Source: a bacterium
GTDB taxonomy: Bacteria; RBG-13-61-14; DATKZS01
Assembly (NCBI GenBank): GCA_963674965.2
Contig: CAXXFL010000001.1
Coordinates: 288,001-352,000 of the forward strand
Direction of reading: 5' to 3'
DNA: 64,000 nt
This document shows positions 37,020-47,436 of the stretch, piece after piece (position 1 is the first letter of the stretch; every line of letters starts with the position of its first letter). The notes beneath the pieces were generated by a model that ran no database searches, was not told the DNA's origin, and saw nothing but the letters and a program-made list of their open reading frames with translations. The translations under genes and the position numbers were made by a program.

Positions 37020-40000
37020 ATGGCCACCAACAAAGAAAAATACATCGCCAAGGCGCAGAAGTTTCTGAAAAGGGGACAGATACCCAAGGCCATCGCCGAA
37101 TACCAGCGCGTCTGGGAAATAGACCCTCGCGACACCAGGGTTTGCATCAAGCTCGGCGACCTGCACCTTAAAAACAAGGACAGGACCAACTCGATCAAAT
37201 GCTATTTCGCCGCGGCCGAGGTCCTGACCAAGGACGGCTTCTACTCCAAGGCCGCCGCCTTGTATCACCAGATGATAAACATCGACGAGTCCAGGATCGA
37301 CCTGCAGAAGAAACTCGCCGAGACCTACTTCAAACTCGGGCTTAACGCCGAGGCCATCGAGAAGTACGAGATCATAGCGGCCAACTACGAGCGGGAGGGA
37401 AAGCTATCCGAGGCCATCGAGACCATCGAGATAATCTACGACCTCGACCCATACAACATCAAAAACGCCACCCGGCTGGCCGAGCTTTATTACAAAAGCG
37501 GCATGAAGGACGAGGGATACCTCGCCATCAGGACCGTAATCGACCAGTTCAAGAAAAAAGGCCGGATCGAGCAGGCCGTCAAGCTGATGGAAAAGGTGGC
37601 CAAGATCGATCCGGGCAACCACCAGAACCTCAAGGAACTGGCCGAGGCCTACCAGGAGCACGAGCATTGGGAGCAGGCCTACCAGGCCCTGGTGGCGGCG
37701 CTTAAAACGGGATCGAAGAACACGGAGACCCTCGAGCGCCTGGCCGAGATATCTCTCAAGTCGGGAAGGACGGACAAGTCCATCCAGGCCCTGCAAAAGC
37801 TCTACAGCGTTTACTCGAAGCGGCCCGAGGAAAAAAAGAAATACATGGCCGCCCTGGAGAAGCTCGAGACCCTGGTCCCCACCAACTTCGACTATAAAAA
37901 GGAACTGGCGGACGTCTACCTCGAGGAACAAAACTGGGAGGCGGCCTACCGCATCCTCACCAGGGTCCAGACCAAGTTCCCCGAGGACGAGCAGTACCTG
38001 GAAAAGCTGGCCCACGCCGCCATGCAGGTCAACCGGCCCCACAAGTCGGCCCAGTTCCTGAAAAAGCTCTCGGCCATTTACTTCCGCAAAGAAATGCCGG
38101 AGAAGGCGGAAGAGTGCCTGGAAAAGGTCATCGAGATATTCCCCGACGACCCCGAGGCCCTGGCCATTCTCGGCAAGAAGCCGGCCCCGGCCCCGGAGGA
38201 AGCCGGCCTCGAGCCAGCGGCCGTGGAGGAAGAACGCGAGACAAAGGCAAGGGGACCCATGCCGTCGCCCGAGCGTGAAGACGAGGCGGACGAATATTTC
38301 GAGGAAGAATATGAGGAAAGGCCTCGTCCTTCCTCCCGCCGCCGCGAGCCCGTCGAGGAAGAGTTCATCTACAAGGACGGGCGAAGGAGAAGAAGGGATT
38401 ATCCGCCCCCGCCCCGAAGGCGGGAATACGACTACGACGACGACTACGACGACTACGGCGAGCGGGACGATTACGGGCCTCCTCGCCGGGCCGAAAGATA
38501 TCCCCAGGCCCCAAGGTACCGGGCCAGGCCGGCCAGGACCGCGCCAGACGAGCCGGCTTACGGGCCAAGGCGGGAAGAGCCGGAGGGCGAGTTCGTCATT
38601 AAACCGACCGACTACGCCGAGGCGGTCGAGGTCATCGTCGATGAAGCGGCCATTGCCCCGCCGGAAAAACCGGAGCCCCTGGCCGAGCCCGCGGAAAAAG
38701 AGCCAGCGGGTCTTCCTCCTCAGGAGCCGCCGCTGGCCCTGGAAAAGCCGGCCGAGGAAGAAGACATAAAGGCCGAGCCGCTTTCTCCTCAGGCCCTCAT
38801 CAACCATCTTTCCCAGGCGCGGGTCTACCTGGCCTTCGCCAGGGACAACGGTCCTTTTGGCCAGATCATGATCGACGTGAACGGCCAGGGGAAGTCGATA
38901 TCCTCGTCTTCCTCCCTCGAGCGGGGACTTCTCGAGGCCGGGATCAACCGGCGGGCCATCGGCGACCTCGAGGACGCCATAAGCGAAATCCTCGAGCCCG
39001 AGGAAATCTCGTCCATCAAGGCCCTTCTCAAGAAACTCCTGGCATCCGAAAAGGGGACAAGCCTGTTCGAGAAACTCACCGAGGGAATGGCCGCGGCCAA
39101 AGCCGGGCTGGCGGAGGCCCAGACAACCGGGCCGCCCCTTCCCGAGACGTCCGAAGAGGCGGCCCCCCCGCCGGCCGAGACCACGCCCGCCCCTCAAACG
39201 GCCGAGGAGGGCGAGAGCTCGGCGGCTGGCGAGATGATACCCCAGGACAACGACCTGGACGATTTCTTCGACGACTTCCTGAACGCCTACCACGTGGAAC
39301 CGGAAAAAATCCAGCCCGCGCCTCTCGAGGCCAATGAGGAAAAAGAGGAAAAGCCCAAGGCGGAGGATTTCAGTTTTCCCGTCGAGGACGACATCGAGAG
39401 CTTTTTCGACGAGTTCCTCGAGTCCTACTCCGAGTCGAAAGTATCTCTTCCCCAGGAGCGCGACATCGACAAGTTCCTTTCCGACTTTTACGGAAAATAT
39501 AAGACCGGTTCCAACGGCGACGTCTCCGAGACAAGCAACCCCGGGATATCGACGGGAGAACTCTTGAAGGACGCGGCCAAAGCTGACGTCGAGGACAAGG
39601 AAATCGAGGCCTGGCTGGCCGAGGTCGAGAAAGAAATGGAAGCTGAGACCAGGGCCATGGAAAAACCCGGGGCGGCGGGCGCCGGCGCCCTTTCATCCGA
39701 GTCGCCAGTCCGCGAGTCGGCGGCTAATGAGGGGCCGGATGATGACGAGGATGACGACGACCCGGGCGACTCTTCCTGGCACGATGACTGGCCCGAGGAG
39801 GAGGGTCCCGAGGAGGACGTGGTAATTATCTACCCCGAGTCTTCCGCCTCCCCTCGAGCGCCGATCGAAGCGGAAGTCGGCGGCGACGAAACCGGCGACG
39901 CGGTCGAGGAAATCGAGGCCCTGCCCATCTCGAGCAAGGCCAGGGAGTCTCGCGAGCCAAAGTTCGACGACGAGGATATGGCGGTCGAGGTTATCGAGGT

Positions 40001-40712
40001 TATGGCCGGTCCCATCGAGGAGGAGGAGTTGATCTCGCCCGAGGACATCTTCACGGGGGGCGAGGTTTATGAAATCGAGTCGGAGGATTCCGAGCTTCCC
40101 GAGGATGAGATCGAGGTGGTGAGAAGGGCCGTGGCCCCGGGAGGGACGCCCAAATCCGTCTTTCCTCCCCTGGAGGTGGAAGAAGAGGAGATCGATTCCG
40201 ATGAGGAGAACGGCGAGGAAGATGACGATGACGACGACGACGAGGAAATCCTTCTCGATGAAAGCGACGATGAAGACGAGCCCGGGGGACCCGCCGCCGA
40301 GGACTGCCAAATCGAGCCGGAGGACGCCGAGATAATCGAGGAGGAAGAGGAGGAAAAAACGGCGGCTCGGACGGAACAAGAGGAGCGGAAGAAAGCCTCG
40401 CTCGCCCGGGAGGCGGCCTACGCCGACAAGGTGGACTTCGAGCTGGCCGGCGGCGATCATTCCCACGACGATGAGGAGGAAGCCGAGGCGGGCCCGGCCG
40501 CGGACGATGACGACTGGGACGACGAGGACGAGGAGGACGACCTCGAGGCGGTGGAAGACGCCATCGAGGATGAGATGGAGGCTGACGAGGGCAACGGGTC
40601 CGGCAAGGGCGAAGCCGCCTCTGATTACGCCTCGGACGTCAACTTCGAGTTCTCCGACGACTCCGACTACGAGGACGAAGACGAGATATCGGCCGCGGGC
40701 GTGAAGCGGTGA
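37020..40712 (+). CDS. Giant TPR protein with long acidic disordered C-terminus
   Basis: About 390 aa of TPRs, then an R/Y/D-rich segment and several hundred E/D-rich residues. Confidence 0.8.
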   Translation: MATNKEKYIAKAQKFLKRGQIPKAIAEYQRVWEIDPRDTRVCIKLGDLHLKNKDRTNSIKCYFAAAEVLTKDGFYSKAAALYHQMINIDESRIDLQKKLAETYFKLGLNAEAIEKYEIIAANYEREGKLSEAIETIEIIYDLDPYNIKNATRLAELYYKSGMKDEGYLAIRTVIDQFKKKGRIEQAVKLMEKVAKIDPGNHQNLKELAEAYQEHEHWEQAYQALVAALKTGSKNTETLERLAEISLKSGRTDKSIQALQKLYSVYSKRPEEKKKYMAALEKLETLVPTNFDYKKELADVYLEEQNWEAAYRILTRVQTKFPEDEQYLEKLAHAAMQVNRPHKSAQFLKKLSAIYFRKEMPEKAEECLEKVIEIFPDDPEALAILGKKPAPAPEEAGLEPAAVEEERETKARGPMPSPEREDEADEYFEEEYEERPRPSSRRREPVEEEFIYKDGRRRRRDYPPPPRRREYDYDDDYDDYGERDDYGPPRRAERYPQAPRYRARPARTAPDEPAYGPRREEPEGEFVIKPTDYAEAVEVIVDEAAIAPPEKPEPLAEPAEKEPAGLPPQEPPLALEKPAEEEDIKAEPLSPQALINHLSQARVYLAFARDNGPFGQIMIDVNGQGKSISSSSSLERGLLEAGINRRAIGDLEDAISEILEPEEISSIKALLKKLLASEKGTSLFEKLTEGMAAAKAGLAEAQTTGPPLPETSEEAAPPPAETTPAPQTAEEGESSAAGEMIPQDNDLDDFFDDFLNAYHVEPEKIQPAPLEANEEKEEKPKAEDFSFPVEDDIESFFDEFLESYSESKVSLPQERDIDKFLSDFYGKYKTGSNGDVSETSNPGISTGELLKDAAKADVEDKEIEAWLAEVEKEMEAETRAMEKPGAAGAGALSSESPVRESAANEGPDDDEDDDDPGDSSWHDDWPEEEGPEEDVVIIYPESSASPRAPIEAEVGGDETGDAVEEIEALPISSKARESREPKFDDEDMAVEVIEVMAGPIEEEELISPEDIFTGGEVYEIESEDSELPEDEIEVVRRAVAPGGTPKSVFPPLEVEEEEIDSDEENGEEDDDDDDDEEILLDESDDEDEPGGPAAEDCQIEPEDAEIIEEEEEEKTAARTEQEERKKASLAREAAYADKVDFELAGGDHSHDDEEEAEAGPAADDDDWDDEDEEDDLEAVEDAIEDEMEADEGNGSGKGEAASDYASDVNFEFSDDSDYEDEDEISAAGVKR

Positions 40713-40727
40713 CGAGGGTGTTCCTTT

Positions 40728-40771
40728 AAAAATAAAGCGGCCCGGGGACTTTTCCTCGGGCCGCTCGCTTT
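40728..40771. terminator. Probable bidirectional terminator between convergent genes
   Basis: AGCGGCCCG...CGGGCCGCT stem with an A-tract before it and T residues after it. Confidence 0.6.
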
Positions 40772-40784
40772 CCCGGTTTGACGG

Positions 40785-43400
40785 TTATTTTTTATACCCC
40801 GGTCCCGGCTTGATGACCAGTTCCTGGCCCACCCTAACGCCGTCCGACTCGAGTCCGTTCCATTCCTTGATCTCCTCGACGTGGACGTCGTGCTTCCTGG
40901 CTATGCCCCAGAGGGACTCGCCCTCCTTGACCACGTAGGTGATGGCCGGTCCGCGCTCGCCCTCTTCTTTAGCCGAGCTCGAGCCGCTTCCCGAGGACCC
41001 CTTGGGTTTGTTCGAGGAGGAGCCGCTCGAGCCGCTCGCCGAGTATCCCGGTCCCGGCTTGATGGTCAGCTCCTGGCCCGGCCGCACGCCGTCCGACTCG
41101 AGGTGGTTTAACGCCTTAATCTCATCGACGCGAACGTCGTGTTTCCTGGCAATGCCCCAAAGCGACTCGCCTTCCTTGACCGTGTATTTAATGGGCGCTC
41201 CCCTCCATCCTTCCTTTTTTTCGGTGGAGGGCTTGGGCGCGGGGGCCGCGGGCGCGGTGGAATTGGCCCCGGATGGACCGAAGGTTTTCACGCCCTTCTC
41301 CGGCGCGGCGGCCGCCTCGGTCTTGGGAGGAGCGGGGGCGGGGGCGGACTTGGCCGGCTGTTTGGGGGCCTTGTATTCCGGTCCCGGCTTGATGGTCAGT
41401 TCCTGTCCGGGCCTGAGTCCGTCGGACTCGAGCCCGTTCATCTTCCTTATGTCCTCCATGTGCGTGTCGTGGTCCCGGGCCACCTGCCACAGGTTGTCGC
41501 CGTCCTTGACCACGTAAATCACCTTGCCATTGCCGGCCGACCTGGTCGTGCCGTGGTTGGGGTTGCGGGGCACGGAAGGCTGGGTCCCACCCGAGTCCCG
41601 ATCGGGCGTAACGCTCCTTCTCGTTCCCTCTAGTATCTCCTTGGATGTTGGGGGCATGCCCTGAGGAGCGCTCTTGGGAACGTTGAGGGTCAGCTTCTGG
41701 CCCGGACGTATCGAGCAATTGGGATCGAGCTTGTTGTCCGCGATGATATGCTGGCTGGTGATGCCGTAATGGCGGGCGATGAAGTAACAGCGGTCGCCCT
41801 CCCGCACCGTGTAGTCCACTTTCCTCGAGTTCTTGATGGGAGTGAGCTTGTTCTTCTCGGCCGGCGTTACCTTTATGTCGGAGCTTACGTTCTTGATGAC
41901 CAGGCTGGTCCCGTAACGAAGGTCCTTGGGGTCGTCGATATCGTTCCACTTGAGGATGTCGTCGACCGAGACGCCCCACATGCGGGCGATCTCCCAGGGC
42001 GTGTCGCCGGCCTCGACCACGTAGACGCGGTCCTTCTTTCCATGCGGCACGGGAGCTTTCTTCTTGGGAGCGCCGCCAAGGTCCTGGTCGATCTTTTCGT
42101 AAACGTCATCCCTTGGTTCCCATTTTACGGGCTTGGGTTTCTTTCTCTCGTTATCGGGCGCCGGCATGGGCTTCTTTTTGCCGTCGAACTTGGCGTCGCC
42201 CCGGACCGGAATGGTAATGGTCTGTCCGGGATAAAGCCTCGAGCTTAGCCCCTGGTTCATGGCCAGGACCGAGTCGGTGCTGACCCCGTAACCCGCGGCG
42301 ATGGCCTGAAGTGTCTGCCCGCTTTCGACCTTGTGCCGCTTGAAGGCGAACTTCTGCTCGGGCGAGAGGGCGGCGTAGGCTTTTTTGAACTCCTTGGCCT
42401 TTCCATATGGCACCTTGACCTGGTATCTTCTTTGTCCCGGCGGGGTGCAGAACTGGAGTATCTCCGGGTTGAGGGCCAGGATATGTTTTTCCGTCGTTCC
42501 CGCGCAGTCGGCCACGACCTTCAGGTCTATGGCGTCCTCCACGGCGACCTTCGAGTATTTAATGGGCGGAAGGTACTCGACGTCCAGGAACCCGTACCTT
42601 TCCGGGTCCTGGCCGATGATGGCCGAGGCGATGATAAGAGGCAGATAATTTCTCGTCTCGGCCACGAGCTTCTTTTTATCGCAAAGGCACCAGTAGTCCG
42701 GGCAACCGGTGCTTTGCAGGCGGCGGGCCACCAGGGCCTCGCCCGTGTTGTAGGAGGCGGCGGCCAGGTGCCAGTCGCCGAACATGCCGTAGAGGTCGCT
42801 CAGGTAGTTAAGCGCGGCTTGAGTGCTCTTCTCCGGGTCGTAGCGCTCGTCCACCCAGTAATCTATGCGCAGGTTGTACCTGAGACCGGTGGAATGGATG
42901 AACTGCCAAAGCCCCTTGGCCCCGGCGTGACTCTTGGCCTTGGGCTGGAAGGCGCTCTCGATCATGCACAGGTAAAGGAGTTCCTCGGGCATGCCCCGCT
43001 GATGTACCTTGTCCAGGATCATGTCGCGGTAAAGGCCCGAGCGCTGGAGGCGGGTCTGCATGCCCCGCTTGCCCTTGGTGGTGTAATGTCGCAGATAGGA
43101 CTCGACGCTGGGAGTGAGGGGAAGAGGAAAGGGGCCGGAGCCGACCACCCAGTCGCTTTCGCCGCCGAGGAATATCTGGTCGCCCGGTGACGACAGCTCC
43201 CTTAAAACCTCGGGAAGGGGAAAGGACTTGTCCCATACGCGCACGTCCTCTTTAAGAGGAAATACGTACGATTCCTCCCATCTGTCCTCAACATCTTCCT
43301 CGTCGGGCATGCCCGAGCCGTTGTCGGTCCCGGCGAAAGAGATATTACATACAAATAGCGTCAGGATTGCAAAAAGCAATCCATTTATCCTGACTCTCAA
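40785..43400 (-). CDS. mltD: MltD-like lytic transglycosylase with six clear LysM domains
   Basis: SLT motifs IESAF, GLWQF, DERYDPEKST, AASYN-GE and ETRNY, followed by six YxV-xGD/E-LW-IA LysM repeats. Confidence 0.88.
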   Translation of the reverse strand: MRVRINGLLFAILTLFVCNISFAGTDNGSGMPDEEDVEDRWEESYVFPLKEDVRVWDKSFPLPEVLRELSSPGDQIFLGGESDWVVGSGPFPLPLTPSVESYLRHYTTKGKRGMQTRLQRSGLYRDMILDKVHQRGMPEELLYLCMIESAFQPKAKSHAGAKGLWQFIHSTGLRYNLRIDYWVDERYDPEKSTQAALNYLSDLYGMFGDWHLAAASYNTGEALVARRLQSTGCPDYWCLCDKKKLVAETRNYLPLIIASAIIGQDPERYGFLDVEYLPPIKYSKVAVEDAIDLKVVADCAGTTEKHILALNPEILQFCTPPGQRRYQVKVPYGKAKEFKKAYAALSPEQKFAFKRHKVESGQTLQAIAAGYGVSTDSVLAMNQGLSSRLYPGQTITIPVRGDAKFDGKKKPMPAPDNERKKPKPVKWEPRDDVYEKIDQDLGGAPKKKAPVPHGKKDRVYVVEAGDTPWEIARMWGVSVDDILKWNDIDDPKDLRYGTSLVIKNVSSDIKVTPAEKNKLTPIKNSRKVDYTVREGDRCYFIARHYGITSQHIIADNKLDPNCSIRPGQKLTLNVPKSAPQGMPPTSKEILEGTRRSVTPDRDSGGTQPSVPRNPNHGTTRSAGNGKVIYVVKDGDNLWQVARDHDTHMEDIRKMNGLESDGLRPGQELTIKPGPEYKAPKQPAKSAPAPAPPKTEAAAAPEKGVKTFGPSGANSTAPAAPAPKPSTEKKEGWRGAPIKYTVKEGESLWGIARKHDVRVDEIKALNHLESDGVRPGQELTIKPGPGYSASGSSGSSSNKPKGSSGSGSSSAKEEGERGPAITYVVKEGESLWGIARKHDVHVEEIKEWNGLESDGVRVGQELVIKPGPGYKK

Positions 43401-43876
43401 GGCCCGTCCTCCATAACTTTCGCGATGAGCCGCGTTCCTCAGCTTTTTCCAACTCGGGAACGAAGGCCGTATTCAATCTTGGGCCTCCCCGGGATAAGCC
43501 CGGAAAATTTAAAGATTTCACTGAAAATACTCATGCCTGTCAAATGACGGGCAATCTCCGTCGACGAATACTTAAGCGGCAAATAAAACAATAACGGTAA
43601 ACGCCCGTATTCCCAGCTATTTAATGCTAGCTCATTTATCCAGTACTGTCAATGTCGGCCGTTTTTAACCTCCGGCAAAAAAGCCCTTTCCCTCTCATTG
43701 TTATCTTTAGATGAAGATTCGTTCCCAAACGTTCCCCCATCGCCAAAAATTATGCCGAAAAAAAAACGCCTTCCAAAGGGAGGGAAAAAAAATCTTTCAA
43801 CCGCCAATGGAAGGCGCTTTTTGCCTTTTTATCCGGCACTTAAAACGGAAGCCGGGCGTTTATCATTGCCCTTGCC

Positions 43877-44875
43877 CTATTTTTCGACGATGGTTTCCTC
43901 GATCTTGACGCCGAAGTGTCTGCCCGCCTCCTCGGTAAAGGCCAGGACCCGGTCGCCGCTTTTTAGCTTGGTAATGGACACGGGCTCTCCGGTTGGACGG
44001 GTGAGCCGGATGGTCTCGGCGTTCTGCATGACCAGGGAGATGGGCTTTCCCTTATATTCGGCCTCGACCAGCATCATGGGCCTTTTCTCGACCTTGGCCC
44101 GACCCACGAAGCCGACCTCGGTCTTTCCCTTCTCGTTGACGATAAGGACGGGGTCGCCCACCTTGAGGTCGGCCAGGTAGGCCGTCTTTCCCTCGGGGAC
44201 CTTGGCGTAGGCGTGGACCGCCCCGGCGTTGACCCGGAAGGGGCGGGTGGCGCAATATGGGGTCTCGACGTTCTCCGCGTAGACCAGGAACATCCCTGAG
44301 GACGCGTTGCCCACCAGCATGCCCTGTCCCGGCGTCATGTTGGTGATGGTATCCACGCAGACGCGGTCGCCCATGCCCAGGGGCTTGACGTTTTTAACGG
44401 TGGCTTGGATGAGCTTCAAGCTCTCGCCCTTTTCGCGGACCACGGCGGCGGTCTTTTTGATCTCGGAGAGGTCCTCCGTGTCCAGCACCACGCCGTCCAC
44501 GCCCCGCTCCATTATCTGGAGGGCGATGCCCGCCTCCTCGGCGCTCCGCACCCAGGCGAGCAGCCCCTTCTTCCGCTTGGCGATAAGGTTCTCGAGGGGA
44601 ATGACCTTCCAGTCGCTGGGCTTCACGATTAAAAGCTTGTCCGAGGCCACTCGGGCGGCCTTTTCCTCGTCCCTGGCCGAGTCGATCTTGACCTCGATCA
44701 CGTCCTCCCCGAGACGGAGGTCCCCGTCGGCGGCCACCGTGGTTATAAGGCCAAGCTCCTTGACCTTGCCCGACTTGCCCTTGGGCAGGACCACCGCCTC
44801 GGCCCCGCTCTCGAGGGCCGTGGTTACGATCTTCTTCGCGTAGGGCCTTACGTTGACCCAAAACTTACCCGCCAT
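43877..44875 (-). CDS. 3-dehydroquinate synthase II (archaeal-type AroB')
   Basis: WKVIPLENLIA, GDRVCVDT, RPFRVNAGAVHAY, QNAETIRL and GRHFG motifs. Confidence 0.92.
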   Translation of the reverse strand: MAGKFWVNVRPYAKKIVTTALESGAEAVVLPKGKSGKVKELGLITTVAADGDLRLGEDVIEVKIDSARDEEKAARVASDKLLIVKPSDWKVIPLENLIAKRKKGLLAWVRSAEEAGIALQIMERGVDGVVLDTEDLSEIKKTAAVVREKGESLKLIQATVKNVKPLGMGDRVCVDTITNMTPGQGMLVGNASSGMFLVYAENVETPYCATRPFRVNAGAVHAYAKVPEGKTAYLADLKVGDPVLIVNEKGKTEVGFVGRAKVEKRPMMLVEAEYKGKPISLVMQNAETIRLTRPTGEPVSITKLKSGDRVLAFTEEAGRHFGVKIEETIVEK

Positions 44876-44940
44876 TTGCGCCTCCAGCCGTTAAATCGTC
44901 GGGCGGCCCCCCCTCGGACGGCCGCGCCGGAAATGTTTTC

Positions 44941-45735
44941 TCAGGCCTTGAGTATGGCCATGGCCTCCTCGAGGCTCTTCTTCTCGTGCACGATGGCGCA
45001 GGCCGCGGCCACCAGTTTCCTCGGGTCCTTGTGCTGGAAGGCGTTCCTTCCCATGGAAAGACCCGCGGCCCCGGCCTTGACCGCTCCCTCCACCATCTTG
45101 AGGGTGTCCTCGTCGGAGAGCTTCGAGCCGCCCGCTATCACCACCGGGACCGGCGCGCCCTCGCACACCTCCCGGAAGCTATCGGGCGATCCCGTATAAG
45201 GCACCTTGACGATGTCCGCGCCAAGCTCCGCGCCCACCCGCGCCGCCAGCTTGACGTTCTCCACGTCCTTTTCGTCCGAGACCTTGGGACCGCGCGGATA
45301 GACCATGGCCAGGAGCGGCATGCCCCAGTAATGGGCCTTCTCCGCCACCTCGCCGAAGGCCTCGAGCATCTCGCCCTCGTTCTCGGCCCCGATGTTGACG
45401 TGAATGCTCACCGCGTCCGCGCCCAGGCGTATGGCCCTCTCCACCGAGCACACCAGCACCTTGCGGTTGGGGTCGGGGCAAAGGGAAGTGCTCCCGGAAA
45501 GGTGAACGATGAGACCGATGTCGCGGCCATAAGCGCGGTGGCCCTTGCCCACCATGCCGCCGTGCTCGACCACGGCGTTGGCGCCGCCCTCCGCCACCAT
45601 GTCCACCGCCTTGGGCAGGTCGATGAGACCCTTGATCGGTCCCACCGACACCCCGTGGTCCATGGGAACGATAACGGTCGTCTTCGAGGAACGGTTCATA
45701 ATCCTCTCCAGCCTGATTGACTTGCCAATAATCAT
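44941..45735 (-). CDS. 2-amino-3,7-dideoxy-D-threo-hept-6-ulosonate synthase (AroA', class I aldolase)
   Basis: [25 protein letters not shown] and GRNAFQH motifs. Adjacent to DHQ synthase II. Confidence 0.88.
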   Translation of the reverse strand: MIIGKSIRLERIMNRSSKTTVIVPMDHGVSVGPIKGLIDLPKAVDMVAEGGANAVVEHGGMVGKGHRAYGRDIGLIVHLSGSTSLCPDPNRKVLVCSVERAIRLGADAVSIHVNIGAENEGEMLEAFGEVAEKAHYWGMPLLAMVYPRGPKVSDEKDVENVKLAARVGAELGADIVKVPYTGSPDSFREVCEGAPVPVVIAGGSKLSDEDTLKMVEGAVKAGAAGLSMGRNAFQHKDPRKLVAAACAIVHEKKSLEEAMAILKA

Positions 45736-45834
45736 TTTTTTCCTCCCTTGATTCTATCGCGCGTCGGCGCGTGAAAGACTAAAATTTTCTCAGCGTCCGT
45801 TTGGTCATCTCGTCGGCGGCCCCGAGCCGCCCGG

Positions 45835-47187
45835 TCAGGTGATGATCTCCTCGACCGCCTCGAAAAGCGTCTCCAGGCCGAACCGGAAACCGTCCAGGGG
45901 TATCCGCTCGTCGTGGCCGTGGGCCAGGGTCTTGAAGCTCACGTCGGCGGGAAGACGAAGCGGCGAGAACCCATAGCACTTCATGCCCAGCTTCTTGTAA
46001 TGAGACGCGTCGGTAAAGCCCGTCACCAGGTTGGGCACCACCGCGGCCTCCGGGTCCTTTCTCAGGATGACCTTTTTAAAGGAGTCCATGATCGGGTCGT
46101 CCACCGGGGCGCTGGTGGGCGTCAGGTCGCTGATCACATCGATCTCGGCCTCCTCGCCGATAATCGCCCTGACCTCGGCCAGGAACTCCTCCCGGGAGGA
46201 ACCCGGCAGTATGCGGCCGTCCACCTCGAGGGTGGCCTCCGAGGGCATGACGTTGGTCTTCTCGCCCGCCCTTATCACCGTGGGGTTGGCCGTGTTGTGA
46301 AGCATGGCCGAGAAGGCCAGGGCCATGTCGCGGTCGGGCATGACCTTGTCCAGGAGCAGCCCCGAGAGCGACGGGTTGAGAAGGGCCTTGAAGACCATGC
46401 TTTTAGGAAACTTCATGTTGGCGCTCATGAGCTGGACGAACTTGACCACGGCCTCGGCGTTGTGCTGGGGCAGCCGCCTGGCGCCGAGCCTGGCCGCTAT
46501 CTCGGCGGCCTTTATCAGGGCGCCCCTCGGGTCGGGAATGGACCCGTGGCCGGGGTCGCCCTTGGTCTTGATCCGGAGCCAGCAGACGCCCTTTTCCGCC
46601 ACCTGGATCAGGTAGAAGCGCCTGCCGCCGATCTCCATCGAGAAACCGCCCACCTCGCCCACCGCGTACTCGGCCTTGATCTTGTCCGGATGGTTCTCGA
46701 CCATGAAGCGCGAGCCGAACTCGCCGCCGGCCTCCTCGTCGGAGACGCCCAGGAAGATAAGGTCCCGCTTGGGCTTTATGCCCGCCCGCTTCATGAGGAC
46801 CAGGCTCATGGCGCTCATGGTGACCATGTTCTTCATGTCCACGGTCCCGCGCCCGTAGAGGAAGCCGTCCTTCTCGACCGCCTCGAAGGGAGGCACGGTC
46901 CACTTGTCCGGCTCGACCTGGACCACGTCCAGGTGTCCGTTCAAAAGGAGGGGGGGCTTCTCTCCCGTTCCCCTCAAGCGGCAGACCACGTTGGACCGGT
47001 TCTCGGCCGAGTCGAAGGTCTCGGGCGACAGCCCCTCCCTGGCGAAGAGGTCGGCCAGGTACTGGATGGCCGGTTTCTCGTTTCCAGGCGGGTTCACGGT
47101 CTCGAATCGGATCAAGGTCTTAAACAGGTCGAGGGCCTCGGAATAGGTCTCGTCCCAGTTGACTTCTTTGTATAAAGGCATTTTCAA
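45835..47187 (-). CDS. M20/M25/M40 family metallopeptidase/amidohydrolase
   Basis: GHLDVV, GRGTVDMK, DEE, GHGS, FTD and HGHDE motifs. Confidence 0.9.
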   Translation of the reverse strand: MKMPLYKEVNWDETYSEALDLFKTLIRFETVNPPGNEKPAIQYLADLFAREGLSPETFDSAENRSNVVCRLRGTGEKPPLLLNGHLDVVQVEPDKWTVPPFEAVEKDGFLYGRGTVDMKNMVTMSAMSLVLMKRAGIKPKRDLIFLGVSDEEAGGEFGSRFMVENHPDKIKAEYAVGEVGGFSMEIGGRRFYLIQVAEKGVCWLRIKTKGDPGHGSIPDPRGALIKAAEIAARLGARRLPQHNAEAVVKFVQLMSANMKFPKSMVFKALLNPSLSGLLLDKVMPDRDMALAFSAMLHNTANPTVIRAGEKTNVMPSEATLEVDGRILPGSSREEFLAEVRAIIGEEAEIDVISDLTPTSAPVDDPIMDSFKKVILRKDPEAAVVPNLVTGFTDASHYKKLGMKCYGFSPLRLPADVSFKTLAHGHDERIPLDGFRFGLETLFEAVEEIIT

Positions 47188-47436
47188 ACCCCCAACGGCG
47201 ATGAGGGACTTGCGTCCCCCTCCGTCCGGACAAGAGCGGGCCTTGCCCGAGGCGGCGACGATCTTTATCTATATCAGGTTTATCGGCCCCGCTCAATTTT
47301 ACTTTTTTCCTCCCCCTGTTGACTCACGCGGGCAAGCCGTCCTAGGATTTATACAACGCGGCCGTCGCGTTTTCGTTACTCCATAGCCGCGTCCCGCCGG
47401 CGGCCGGACGCCACGAGGATTTTGAATCGGTGAGTC

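Noticed and set aside
37404-39293. Long antisense ORFs (also 31885-33234, 45913-47175, 52266-53693, 61321-62370)
   Set aside because: Shadows of real GC-rich genes on the opposite strand, with no motifs and biased composition.
40790-41440. Regularly recurring DNA repeats resembling a CRISPR array
   Set aside because: They are coding LysM duplications ~250-330 bp apart within mltD, with no spacer pattern or cas genes.
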